Positions 8,137 through 17,121 of a stretch of DNA of 29,574 nucleotides are shown here, one piece after another. A program made the position numbers and the translations under genes. Source of the stretch: a virus. Its lineage: Duplodnaviria; Caudoviricetes. Positions within the stretch are counted from its first letter, which is position 1. Every line of letters begins with the position of its first letter. The stretch lies in the IMG/VR virus record IMGVR_UViG_3300038321_000170, positions 1-29,574 of that record; one strand, given 5' to 3'. Below the pieces are notes generated by a model, which was not told the origin of the DNA, did not search any database, and saw only the letters and a list, made by a program, of their open reading frames with translations.

Positions 8137-10054
8137 GTTAGCAACAGCATATATTACACTGATTCCATCGCTAAGAGGCGCAGCCGCCAGTATAACAAAA
8201 CAACTTGGAGAGGTTGATACCAGCGGAGCCGGGAAAACGATGGGCGGAAAAGCGGGGGGCGGATTTGCCTCTGGGTTGCTTGGTGCTGGAGCCATTGCAG
8301 GAGCGGCGGCCGCAGTGACGTCAAAAGCGATGGGTGTGATTTCAAATTCCATGGGGGGTGCCATTTCACGTGTCGACACCATGAATAACTTTCCGAAGGT
8401 GATGCAGAATTTGGGGTATTCATCTGAAGATGCATCAAAATCCATAAAAAAGATGAGTGACCGACTGACCGGACTGCCAACATCCTTGGATAGTATGACT
8501 GGCATGGTGCAGCAGATTGCCCCACTAACCGGTGGGCTGGATGAGGCCACGAATATAGGGTTGGCTTTTAACGATATGCTATTGGCTTCGGGAAAAGGTA
8601 CGGCTGATCAGACGCGTGCCATGGAGCAGTACGCCCAGATGCTTTCAAAAGGGGCTGTTGATTTGCAAAGCTGGCGAACTCTCCAAGAAGTGATGCCGGG
8701 GCAGCTTAACCAGGTGGCCCAGGCGCTTTTGGGGCCGACGGCGAATAGTCAGTCTCTGTATGAGGCTATGCAAAATGGCACGGTATCGATGGATGATTTT
8801 AACAACGCCATGCTTAATCTGGATCAGAACGGGGCCAATGGCTTCGCGTCATTTAGCCAACAGGCTAAGGATGCAACCGGCGGGATCGCTACCGCTTTTG
8901 CCAATGTCAAGACATCCATTTCACGATCACTTGCGGGGGTTATGGATGCCATTGGGCAAACCAATATCTCCGGCGTGATTAACGGAATTAGCCCTATCAT
9001 ATCTGGGATTGGTAATGTGCTTGTTACCATGGTCAATATGGTAAAAGCCAGCGGACTAGGCGAAACCATCGGCAAAGCCTTTGATGGCATGAAGACGGCA
9101 CTCGGGCCGGTAGTTAGTCAATTGGCCCCAATCTTGATGCAATTCTTTGGGGCCGTCCTTAATTTCTTGAATTTTATCATCCCGCCGATTGTTAAGGTGG
9201 TTACTGTGATTCTTTCCATTGTAATCCCAGTTGTTGAGGGATTAATTTTTATCGTATCCGGCATTCTCAATGGAATCGTTGCCGTGTTCTCAGGAGCCGT
9301 AGCACTTATTCAGGCCGTATGGGGAGGCATTGTCGGATTTTTCCAAGGTATTTGGAATGGGATTTGTGCTGTGTTCTCAGCCGTTGGCGAATGGTTTGGA
9401 GGCGTTTTTGGTTCAGCAGCTTCTGCCATTCAAGGCATATGGAGCGGGATAACAGGGTTCTTCCAGGGCATCTGGGGCGGCTTAAGTTCTGCTGCATCAG
9501 GTGCAGTTGATGCCGTTGTTGGATTTGTATCTGGGCTACCAGGCACTGTGATGGGATTTTTTTCAGATGCCGGTTCCTGGCTTTGGGATGCCGGGTCCAA
9601 TATCATGAGCGGGCTGTTGTCTGGAATCAAGAGTGCTTTTGAAACGGTCAAGGATTTTGTTTCAGGCATTGGCACATGGATTGCGGAACATAAAGGGCCA
9701 AAGAGCTATGACTTGGCCCTGCTTATCCCTAATGGTCAGTGGATTATGCAGTCCTTGGCTACCGGCTTAAAAGCAGGCCTGCCGGGCGTGAAAAATGTGC
9801 TTGGCGCTATCACGGATGAGCTGGGAAACAGCCAGACTGCGCAAATCGCTGTGACGTCAGCGATGACAGCTCAGAGCACACCGGGACGGGCGAGTGAAGG
9901 CAATTCTCTGGCAATGATCATGCAACTGCTGGTCGATATCAAAGGGAAAGATAGCAACGTCTATTTAGACAAAGATAAAATAAACAAAAGCTTAGCTCCG
10001 GGCATGGATACGCAATTGGGCATCCGGCAGGCAGCCGCTTCTAGGGGGTTCTGA
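8129..10054 (+). CDS. Tape measure protein
   Basis: ELATAYITLIPS start, tape-measure domain (RVDTMNNFPKV...QYAQMLSKG), W/F-periodic Gly/Ala repeats, HKGPKSYD motif. Confidence 0.93.
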   Translation: MAELATAYITLIPSLRGAAASITKQLGEVDTSGAGKTMGGKAGGGFASGLLGAGAIAGAAAAVTSKAMGVISNSMGGAISRVDTMNNFPKVMQNLGYSSEDASKSIKKMSDRLTGLPTSLDSMTGMVQQIAPLTGGLDEATNIGLAFNDMLLASGKGTADQTRAMEQYAQMLSKGAVDLQSWRTLQEVMPGQLNQVAQALLGPTANSQSLYEAMQNGTVSMDDFNNAMLNLDQNGANGFASFSQQAKDATGGIATAFANVKTSISRSLAGVMDAIGQTNISGVINGISPIISGIGNVLVTMVNMVKASGLGETIGKAFDGMKTALGPVVSQLAPILMQFFGAVLNFLNFIIPPIVKVVTVILSIVIPVVEGLIFIVSGILNGIVAVFSGAVALIQAVWGGIVGFFQGIWNGICAVFSAVGEWFGGVFGSAASAIQGIWSGITGFFQGIWGGLSSAASGAVDAVVGFVSGLPGTVMGFFSDAGSWLWDAGSNIMSGLLSGIKSAFETVKDFVSGIGTWIAEHKGPKSYDLALLIPNGQWIMQSLATGLKAGLPGVKNVLGAITDELGNSQTAQIAVTSAMTAQSTPGRASEGNSLAMIMQLLVDIKGKDSNVYLDKDKINKSLAPGMDTQLGIRQAAASRGF

Positions 10055-10055
10055 T

Positions 10056-10901
10056 ATGGTTGATCAAATTTTTATTGATGGTGAAGGAACCTACGATACG
10101 TATGGGCTCATTCTAACCGAAGCGTCCGAGGAACCACCAGAACCTAAAATCTATACGGTGGATGTGCCCGGCGGGGATGGCCAGATTGATTTATCGGAGT
10201 TTGGTGGGGATCTGGTCTACAGCAACCGCAATATGACATACACATTCCTTCTAACCAGCCGGGAGAAATCAAAAATTGAAGGAGAAAAAACAAAATTATC
10301 CAGATTGTGGCACGGTAAAAACTTGCCATTTACCCTGTCCTGGGACACTGGATATACCTATACCGGACGGATTACGATTGATAAATACCCGAACAACTAC
10401 AGATATGGGACGATAACACTGAAGATTTCGGCTAAGCCGTATAAGTTTTATAAAATCCGCACCCTTTTGGTTAATGCCGCTGGGGGTGTGGTTGTAAGTA
10501 TTGAAAACGGCCGGAAGCGCGTTTGTCCGACGATTGAAGTGCAGCACACCACGCTGGTGGCATTTGAAGGTGAGACTTACACCTTGGAGCCGGGGACCTA
10601 TAAGATTAAAGATCTCTGGTTTCGGGGCGGAACCAATGAAGTGGTTTTAAACAGTTACCCTGAATACAATTATGCAACCTGGGAATACTACACGGGGAAA
10701 ATATGGGCCAATTATGCCGATAAATTGTTGAGTGTCTTGTGTGCCGGTGATCAGCCTCTACAGGCTTATGATCGATGGATAAATTACAGTGGTAAGACGT
10801 GGTGGGACCTGGAAGGGAAAACGTGGATGGATTTATCCCATCCTGCAACATCTGGCGATAAATACAGTGTTTATATACAATACGACATTTACGAACTTTA
10901 A
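10056..10901 (+). CDS. Distal tail protein (Dit) with Trp-rich insertion
   Basis: Follows TMP; PPEPK...VDVPGGDGQIDLSE..G.LVYSNR motif. Confidence 0.8.
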   Translation: MVDQIFIDGEGTYDTYGLILTEASEEPPEPKIYTVDVPGGDGQIDLSEFGGDLVYSNRNMTYTFLLTSREKSKIEGEKTKLSRLWHGKNLPFTLSWDTGYTYTGRITIDKYPNNYRYGTITLKISAKPYKFYKIRTLLVNAAGGVVVSIENGRKRVCPTIEVQHTTLVAFEGETYTLEPGTYKIKDLWFRGGTNEVVLNSYPEYNYATWEYYTGKIWANYADKLLSVLCAGDQPLQAYDRWINYSGKTWWDLEGKTWMDLSHPATSGDKYSVYIQYDIYEL

Positions 10902-10918
10902 ATTAAAAAGGAGCATAT

Positions 10919-11323
10919 ATGAGTACGAAAACAACCCTTATGAAAATGACCTGCCCGGCGGTGACCGATGATGTGCAAAGCACCATATCGGCGCTTGCGG
11001 CTAATTTTAATATTATTGACGCTTTGTATCCGATTGGAACGATCTATCAGAGCACAAAATCGACTAATCCTTCCACCTTTATTGGGGGGACATGGACGGC
11101 GATTCAGAACAAATTTTTGGTAGGTGCTGGATCTGACTTTGCGGAAGGGACCACCGGTGGGCAGAAAACAATGGGTGTTCATAAATCCGGCGATGAAGCA
11201 GACGGATACGGCCTATCTCAAGTTACGGGTTTTGCTAACCGGGTGATGGTGGCCAGTCAGGATTATTCTGGGAAGATTTTGCCACCTTATAAAGCGGTGT
11301 ATATGTGGGAAAGAACTGCATAG
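10919..11323 (+). CDS. Baseplate/fibre-associated protein (T4 gp10 C-terminal-like domain)
   Basis: YPIGTIYQS...NPSTFIGGTW...FLVGAG...GTTGG...LPPYKAVYMWERTA. Confidence 0.7.
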   Translation: MSTKTTLMKMTCPAVTDDVQSTISALAANFNIIDALYPIGTIYQSTKSTNPSTFIGGTWTAIQNKFLVGAGSDFAEGTTGGQKTMGVHKSGDEADGYGLSQVTGFANRVMVASQDYSGKILPPYKAVYMWERTA

Positions 11324-11344
11324 TATTTTTTAAGGAGACACACG

Positions 11345-13525
11345 ATGTATCGATTGTTTTATGATGGTGAGGTGCTCCATGATCCGCGGGACGATAAACG
11401 CCGGGTGACCGAGTGTAAGGTGGAGTTGGAGTCCAATACGGCGGGGACCCTTACGTTTAAAATAGCGCCAGCGCATCCGCTTTTCGGGAAGCTCCAGGCC
11501 ATGGATACGGGCCACGAAGTGACCGTGATGGATGATACTGTAGAGGTTTTTCGCGGCCGGATCAAATCCGACGGAAAAGATATGCAGACCGTAACGAATG
11601 TGACTTGCGAAGGCCAATTAGCGTATTTAAATGACAGCGTTGTGCGGGCCTATGGAACGTATGCGTCCGATGATGAAAACTGGACCGTTGTGAAGGGGGA
11701 TAATATCTTTCGCTGGTACGTCAGCCAGCACAATGGCCAGAGCGATGCGAATAAACAATTTGTCATCGGTAAATGCGAAACGGGATACGGATTGACCCGC
11801 AGCAGCACCCAGCACCCGACGACGGGACAGGAGATCAAGGAAAAATTACTGGATGCTCTGCCTTGTTACATTGACTGTTACATGGACAATGGTGAGCGCA
11901 TACTTGACCTGCTGGAGTTTGGCGGAGCAGATGCAGAACAATCCATTGAATTTGGAACAAATTTGCTGGACTATGCCACTACTCGGGACGCATCAAACAT
12001 CATTACTGATATCATCCCGACAGGGACAGATAACGACAACAATGCGATTGATATTACGTCCTTGCGCGATGGGGATTATGGGAGCTGCTACAAGGAGGGC
12101 GACCATGTATCGTTTTCTGCGGGCGTTAATTTGTACGGGCACATCACCGAAGCGCGCAGTTATGATGGGACAACACCATCAGAGTTGCTGAATGCTTCGA
12201 TAAATGATTTACAGACGTCTTCTGAGGTAATAGAGAGTGTCAATATCAAAGCTGTGGATCTGCATAATGTGGATCCGACGGTGAAACCGATTCGTCTAAA
12301 TGAATGGGTGCTAGTAAGTTCTAAGCCCCACGGAGTGTATCAGCCCATGATGTGCGTGAAGATGACGATTGATATAAATGATCCGACTCGGACAGTATAT
12401 ACCTTTGGTGCAACGCTTCCGTCGCTGACATCAGACAGTGCTATGAAGGTGGCGCAGAACAGGCAACGGCAGGAAGAAATGATTGTGGCGGCAGCGGCTA
12501 TAAGTGTAGATGCCAAGGCAGCGGCTGAATTGGCTACGACAGCACAGATGGCTGCGAATACAGCCCAGACTGCGGCTAACACAGCCCAAAGTACAGCCGA
12601 TACGGCAAAAACCACAGCAGACACGGCGCAAGGTACTGCTAATACGGCAAAAACCACAGCAGACACGGCGCAAACCACAGCAGACACGGCGCAAAGCACA
12701 GCCGATACGGCAAAAACCACAGCAGACACGGCCACATCTAATCTGTCCGCATTAACAACACGCGTTTCCACAGCAGAGAGTAAGTTGACTGCAACCGCCT
12801 TGACAACGACAATATCCAGTGCCCTTACCGGTAGCAATGCTATTTCCACCACCAAATTTGTCATGGATAAGGATGGCCTGCTCATCAAAAGTGGTGGATT
12901 ATCTATCCAAAACAATGCGGGGACGACGGTGCTTAGCGCAGACGTGGCGGGCAACCTGACATTTACTGGGGCGCTGAATGGGGCTACTGGTACTTTTCGT
13001 GGGGCACTTACTGCCTATAATTCCTCAGGTAAATTACTGATGCAGGCTAGTGCGGGTAGGATTAATTTTTATGATGGAGCCAACAATGTCGTTACTGGGT
13101 ATGTTGATTCGGATCTGACTGCCAACACCAATAATATAAGGATAAACGGGAACGGCCTGCTTGCTTTATCTGTTTCGGGTACGCAAGTTGTGGGTATTGC
13201 TCAAAATCGATGCAATATTTATAAACCAATTTTATATCAAGGGGCATTGGTGACGATGCCGAGAATCTATGCGGGGACTGCTGTGCGTGACGCCGGCGGA
13301 GGAAATAGTGTGCAACTTATATCACTCTCTCAAATCAATAGCTGGTTTGGGATTAATAATGCAAGTGCTGTAAACACAGCAGTTTTTGTATCGAATGGCG
13401 ATGGCGCGGCTTCTAATGCACACTGCCAAGATGCAACTTTTTTAGGTGGAGAATGGTGGGCAACGTTCGACAGAACGGGCGTTACGACAATCCGTATCAA
13501 TTATTTAGTTGTCTGTTGGGCTTAA
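11345..13525 (+). CDS. Tail hub/spike (Tal-like) with coiled-coil stalk and C-terminal extension
   Basis: N-terminal phage tail endopeptidase-like domain (AGTLTFKI, CEGQLAYLNDS, IEFGTNLLD), heptad repeats, beta-rich C-terminus. Confidence 0.8.
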   Translation: MYRLFYDGEVLHDPRDDKRRVTECKVELESNTAGTLTFKIAPAHPLFGKLQAMDTGHEVTVMDDTVEVFRGRIKSDGKDMQTVTNVTCEGQLAYLNDSVVRAYGTYASDDENWTVVKGDNIFRWYVSQHNGQSDANKQFVIGKCETGYGLTRSSTQHPTTGQEIKEKLLDALPCYIDCYMDNGERILDLLEFGGADAEQSIEFGTNLLDYATTRDASNIITDIIPTGTDNDNNAIDITSLRDGDYGSCYKEGDHVSFSAGVNLYGHITEARSYDGTTPSELLNASINDLQTSSEVIESVNIKAVDLHNVDPTVKPIRLNEWVLVSSKPHGVYQPMMCVKMTIDINDPTRTVYTFGATLPSLTSDSAMKVAQNRQRQEEMIVAAAAISVDAKAAAELATTAQMAANTAQTAANTAQSTADTAKTTADTAQGTANTAKTTADTAQTTADTAQSTADTAKTTADTATSNLSALTTRVSTAESKLTATALTTTISSALTGSNAISTTKFVMDKDGLLIKSGGLSIQNNAGTTVLSADVAGNLTFTGALNGATGTFRGALTAYNSSGKLLMQASAGRINFYDGANNVVTGYVDSDLTANTNNIRINGNGLLALSVSGTQVVGIAQNRCNIYKPILYQGALVTMPRIYAGTAVRDAGGGNSVQLISLSQINSWFGINNASAVNTAVFVSNGDGAASNAHCQDATFLGGEWWATFDRTGVTTIRINYLVVCWA
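12538..12735 (+). repeat. Imperfect 21-nt tandem coding repeats (TADTAQ/K heptads)
   Basis: ACGGCAAAAACCACAGCAGACACGGC at 12602, 12644 and 12707 (spacings 42 and 63). Confidence 0.9.
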
Positions 13526-13550
13526 GCAAACATAAAAAAGGAGAATAACT

Positions 13551-13748
13551 ATGGCTTTAAAAAACAAAAATCAATCAATTAGTTTATCGGCACAAAAAAA
13601 TATTAATATTGGCCGAACGATATCAAATAGCGCTGCATACCGGGAGCACCGGACGGAATGCCTAGAAGACCAAACGGCCCTTGAGGATGCGGTGTACGCT
13701 ATTGTGGACAGTATGGCGCCGAAGGAGTCAACAAATGAAACTATCTAA
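13551..13748 (+). CDS. Small hypothetical tail-region protein
   Basis: SD AAGGAG; 65 aa; overlaps next gene start. Confidence 0.65.
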   Translation: MALKNKNQSISLSAQKNINIGRTISNSAAYREHRTECLEDQTALEDAVYAIVDSMAPKESTNETI

Positions 13749-14085
13749 CGCCACACTCATCGCCCTAATCAATGGCATTGGCACCATTCAGGAGGTAGAC
13801 TTCCCCGTGTCGGCCTCTTTTGCATTGTCGCAAAACACGGAGGCCTTATTGGATGCGTATAAGCCCTATGCCACGGAATACGAAAAGATTAACGCCAAAT
13901 ACGGCGATAAGCCGGAGCTTACCGCAAAGGTTCGTGAGCTCCAGGGACTCGAGGTGGATGTTGAGCTTAAGACATTGCCGGCAGAGTACTTGGAGATTAT
14001 TGTGGCATCTCCGGTACGGATGGCGATGGTCAATCTTAATGCGCTGCGGCGGTATATTTTTAGTGAGCGGAGCGAAAATGAATGA
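13735..14085 (+). CDS. Hypothetical protein (DUF1617-like)
   Basis: SD AAGGAG before ATG 13735; MKLSN...FPVSASFALSQN...KINAKYG pattern common after tail genes. Confidence 0.6.
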   Translation: MKLSNATLIALINGIGTIQEVDFPVSASFALSQNTEALLDAYKPYATEYEKINAKYGDKPELTAKVRELQGLEVDVELKTLPAEYLEIIVASPVRMAMVNLNALRRYIFSERSENE

Positions 14086-14308
14086 TGAAAAATTAGAACA
14101 CATTGTCGCAACCCACGAAAAGCGCATCAATGACCATGGGGAGCGCCTGGATAAGTTGGAGCTGCAAAGCAGCCGATTGGAAGAGCGCATTACGGCGCTG
14201 TGCGACAAATTGGAGATGCAGACTCGAGCCCTTAACTGGCTGATTGGGTTGGCGGCGACTGGGCTTGTTGGATTTTTTATGTATGCACTACAAAATAGTA
14301 TTTTTTAA
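14078..14308 (+). CDS. XhlA-family membrane protein (lysis accessory)
   Basis: HEKRINDHGERLDKLE coiled-coil plus one C-terminal TM segment (WLIGLAATGLVGFF); real start ATG 14078. Confidence 0.8.
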   Translation: MNDEKLEHIVATHEKRINDHGERLDKLELQSSRLEERITALCDKLEMQTRALNWLIGLAATGLVGFFMYALQNSIF

Positions 14309-14332
14309 AGGAGCGTTAAAATGAGCACAAAA
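14306..14332 (+). repeat. Direct repeat copy 1 (27 bp, 1 mismatch to 16882-16908)
   Basis: TAAAGGAGCGTTAAAATGAGcACAAAA. Confidence 0.9.
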
Positions 14333-14426
14333 TATGTTTTTTTTGCTGAAAGAAACGGGAATCAAGGCAGTAAGAACAATGGCACAGACCTCCGCGCTAA
14401 TTGGGGATAACCATGAGATATATTGA
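14321..14426 (+). pseudogene. Degenerate, frameshifted 5' holin fragment
   Basis: Same RBS/start as the holin at 16897; removing one T from the T8 run (14337-14344) gives MSTKYVFLLKETGIKAVRTMAQTSALIG vs holin [29 protein letters not shown]. Confidence 0.75.
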
Positions 14427-16767
14427 CGTGAAGCTGGATGGGACTTCGGTTCAGATGGAGCCAGTGGTTATCCGGCAGTACAACAATTTGGTGGATACGG
14501 TAGCGGTGAAGCTGAAGAGCGATATGGATGGGCTTGTGGTGGAGGATTACAATGTGTTCATCCAGACGGACCTTATAAGGCGGGATAAAATACCACTTGC
14601 CCCGTGCCCCTCATCGGTGGATATTGTCGTGGAAGAGGGCTATCTTGGTTACACTTGGCCAATTGATTCGGCGGTTACACGGTATAAAGGCATTTTGCGA
14701 TTTGAGGTACAGCTAGAGCATAAAACCGATGCTGCCATCCCAATCTGGCAGTCTGAGGTGTGCGAGCTGATTACTGTGGCACCAAATATCTGCGATAATG
14801 CGAAACTTGGGGATGATGGGCCTGCGATTTTGCAGGAGGTCTACCAGCAACTGCAGACGCTGGGAGACCAAGCGGAACAGGCGGAGGCCAGTGCCACAAG
14901 CGCAGCAGCCAGCGAAACCAACGCCGCAACCAGCAACCAAAACGCAGCCACCCATGAGCAGGCTGCAAAAGGATACGCCGATGCAGCTGAGCAATTTGCG
15001 ACTGCGGCGGGAGACGGGACTATCCCAACGGAGCTGTCGGACATGCGGGTGGGGTCCGACGGGACGACGACATATGCCACGGCGGGGGCCCGGGTGACAG
15101 GCGAAATTAGTGAACTAAATGCGACAATGATGCCAAGAAAAAATATATTTAACAAATCAAAAGTAATAGATGGAAGTTATGTTTCTTATAGTTCCGGATA
15201 TGTTTTTTCAAATACTGGATTTACAAGATCCGATTACATACAGGTATCCGCGTCAACAGCATATGTTGTAAATAATTATACATCATTACAAATGGCATTT
15301 TATGATAACAGCAAACATTATATTTCTGGATTTTATTATGGAAATGAATCATTAACTTTTACAACTCCGTCAACAGCTGCTTACATTAGATTTAGTGTTC
15401 AAAAATATATGATTGATGATTTTCAAATAGAACTTGGGATAAAACCTACTTTTTACGAAGAATATCAATATAAAATAGACGGAGATAATATTGGTGATAA
15501 AACGATTGATCTTAGTGCTCCGAAATATATTGACTATTATACACAATTTATCGATACATCAAAAGCAACGATTGGAAAATATTACGATAGATTATCAGAA
15601 TCGTTACAAATATCATCTGATACCGCTTATATACCAAAAATAAAAATAGAATCAGGTAAAACTTATTACTATAAAGGTATTTTTAATTATTACTGCACAG
15701 TGATAAATTTGGATGGAACTAAATTTGCTTTGTCTGATGTTACATCTGATAATGGCGTCGCTGGAAATTTAACGGCAGTAAAAGATGGATATATTTATAT
15801 CACGTTAAATGTTTCGGGCGGGGAAATAATATGGAGTCCAATGTTTTGTGATGGATTTTTGCCAGATAATTATATTGATGGGCATATATTTAATTTAAAA
15901 ATTGACGGACAAGGAATAGATCTTGGACCGTCGGTTAGACAAGTAACTGTAAAGACGGATGGCAAAGGAGATTACACAGGTATTAGGCAAGCGATGGATG
16001 CAATAAGTCCAGATAAGTATAATAATTATATTATAGAGGTGTATCCAGGCACATACGATATTAAATCCGAGTACTCAGAAGAAGAATGGGTAGATGATGG
16101 AAGCTTTAAAGGGCTGGTAGTAAAAGATTTTGTAACTATTCGCGGGATTGGAAACAAAGAAGATATCATATTGACTGCAATTGACACGGAATATAAAGTT
16201 AACATATCAGCATTAAATCTTAAGAATACTTGTGGGCTTGAAAATATTACAGTGAAAGGAGAGAAATTAAGATATGTAATACATGACGATTATGCAGATG
16301 CAGGACAAGGCGAATATAAGCGAATATGCAAAAATTGCATATTCGAAGGAACAGATTTAAACGCCAGTTACAATGTGGTGTACGGATCAGGATTGAAGCA
16401 GGGAGCTAATTGGATTTTTGAACAATGTATATTTAGTTACACAGATAAGTCAAATGGAGGAACATTTAGCACACATAATAACACAAGATGGGAAAGAGGA
16501 GCAAAATTATGTTTTAAAAATTGTAGATTTAAAGCAGGTACTGATGGGACAGGTGGATTATTTATTTTAGGAACTCTTGTGACCGGAGCTAATGGATTGA
16601 TAACAAACATTGAAATAATTGGAAGCAAAATTAAAACAATATTATTTAACAATCAAGAAGGAATCGGAAATTTATTTACTATATCAGGCTACGGGAACGA
16701 TATTGAAAATTTTTCTTATCAAATTAATGATGGACATACCTATTTAGATTATGTGGACTTAATATGA
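14413..16767 (+). CDS. Receptor-binding/depolymerase-like protein: BppU-like N-terminus, Ala-rich stalk, CBM-like repeats, pectinesterase-like beta-helix
   Basis: WPIDSAVTRYKGILRFEVQ...IWQS (BppU-like); FYD...YISG...FTTPSTAAYIRFS; VTVKTDGKGDYTGIRQAMDAI...IEVYPGTYD. Confidence 0.7.
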   Translation: MRYIDVKLDGTSVQMEPVVIRQYNNLVDTVAVKLKSDMDGLVVEDYNVFIQTDLIRRDKIPLAPCPSSVDIVVEEGYLGYTWPIDSAVTRYKGILRFEVQLEHKTDAAIPIWQSEVCELITVAPNICDNAKLGDDGPAILQEVYQQLQTLGDQAEQAEASATSAAASETNAATSNQNAATHEQAAKGYADAAEQFATAAGDGTIPTELSDMRVGSDGTTTYATAGARVTGEISELNATMMPRKNIFNKSKVIDGSYVSYSSGYVFSNTGFTRSDYIQVSASTAYVVNNYTSLQMAFYDNSKHYISGFYYGNESLTFTTPSTAAYIRFSVQKYMIDDFQIELGIKPTFYEEYQYKIDGDNIGDKTIDLSAPKYIDYYTQFIDTSKATIGKYYDRLSESLQISSDTAYIPKIKIESGKTYYYKGIFNYYCTVINLDGTKFALSDVTSDNGVAGNLTAVKDGYIYITLNVSGGEIIWSPMFCDGFLPDNYIDGHIFNLKIDGQGIDLGPSVRQVTVKTDGKGDYTGIRQAMDAISPDKYNNYIIEVYPGTYDIKSEYSEEEWVDDGSFKGLVVKDFVTIRGIGNKEDIILTAIDTEYKVNISALNLKNTCGLENITVKGEKLRYVIHDDYADAGQGEYKRICKNCIFEGTDLNASYNVVYGSGLKQGANWIFEQCIFSYTDKSNGGTFSTHNNTRWERGAKLCFKNCRFKAGTDGTGGLFILGTLVTGANGLITNIEIIGSKIKTILFNNQEGIGNLFTISGYGNDIENFSYQINDGHTYLDYVDLI

Positions 16768-16836
16768 GTCAAATAGGGATTTATGCAAAAACATCAAAAG
16801 AGCGTACAAAGAATGATCATACACGGTGCATTATTT

Positions 16837-16858
16837 AAGAGACCTTCGGGTCTTTTTT
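16837..16858 (+). terminator. Rho-independent terminator
   Basis: AAGAGACC-TTCG-GGTCTTTT plus T run. Confidence 0.8.
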
Positions 16859-16881
16859 AATTGCGTTGAATTCATCAATTA

Positions 16882-16908
16882 TAAAGGAGCGTTAAAATGA
16901 GTACAAAA
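16882..16908 (+). repeat. Direct repeat copy 2
   Basis: TAAAGGAGCGTTAAAATGAGtACAAAA. Confidence 0.9.
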
Positions 16909-17121
16909 ACAGTAACATGGATTAAAGCGGCAGGCGTTAGAGCGGTTAAGACTGTGGCACAGACCGCCGTGGCAACCATCGGCACTGCCGCAGTGATGGG
17001 TGAAGTCAATTGGATTATGGTGGCATCCGCTGCTGGATTGGCCGGGGTGCTATCTATCCTGACCAGTGTAGCAGGGTTGCCAGAAATTAAGGGGGAAAAT
17101 GATGAGTTTAAACGGAATTGA
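16897..17121 (+). CDS. Holin, r1t family
   Basis: [22 protein letters not shown]...[11 protein letters not shown], two TM segments, precedes endolysin. Confidence 0.92.
   Translation: MSTKTVTWIKAAGVRAVKTVAQTAVATIGTAAVMGEVNWIMVASAAGLAGVLSILTSVAGLPEIKGENDEFKRN

Noticed and set aside
12340-12954. 204-aa minus-strand ORF with AVSAVV repeats
   Set aside because: Antisense shadow of the tail-spike heptad repeats; no RBS or independent signal
14337-14344. T8 tract as an on/off switch fusing the leader to the RBP frame
   Set aside because: The RBP frame has TGA at 14347-14349, so no tract length gives a fusion
11345-16767. Diversity-generating retroelement or invertible shufflon acting on tail genes
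   Set aside because: No reverse transcriptase, recombinase, TR/VR pair or inverted cassette repeats seen
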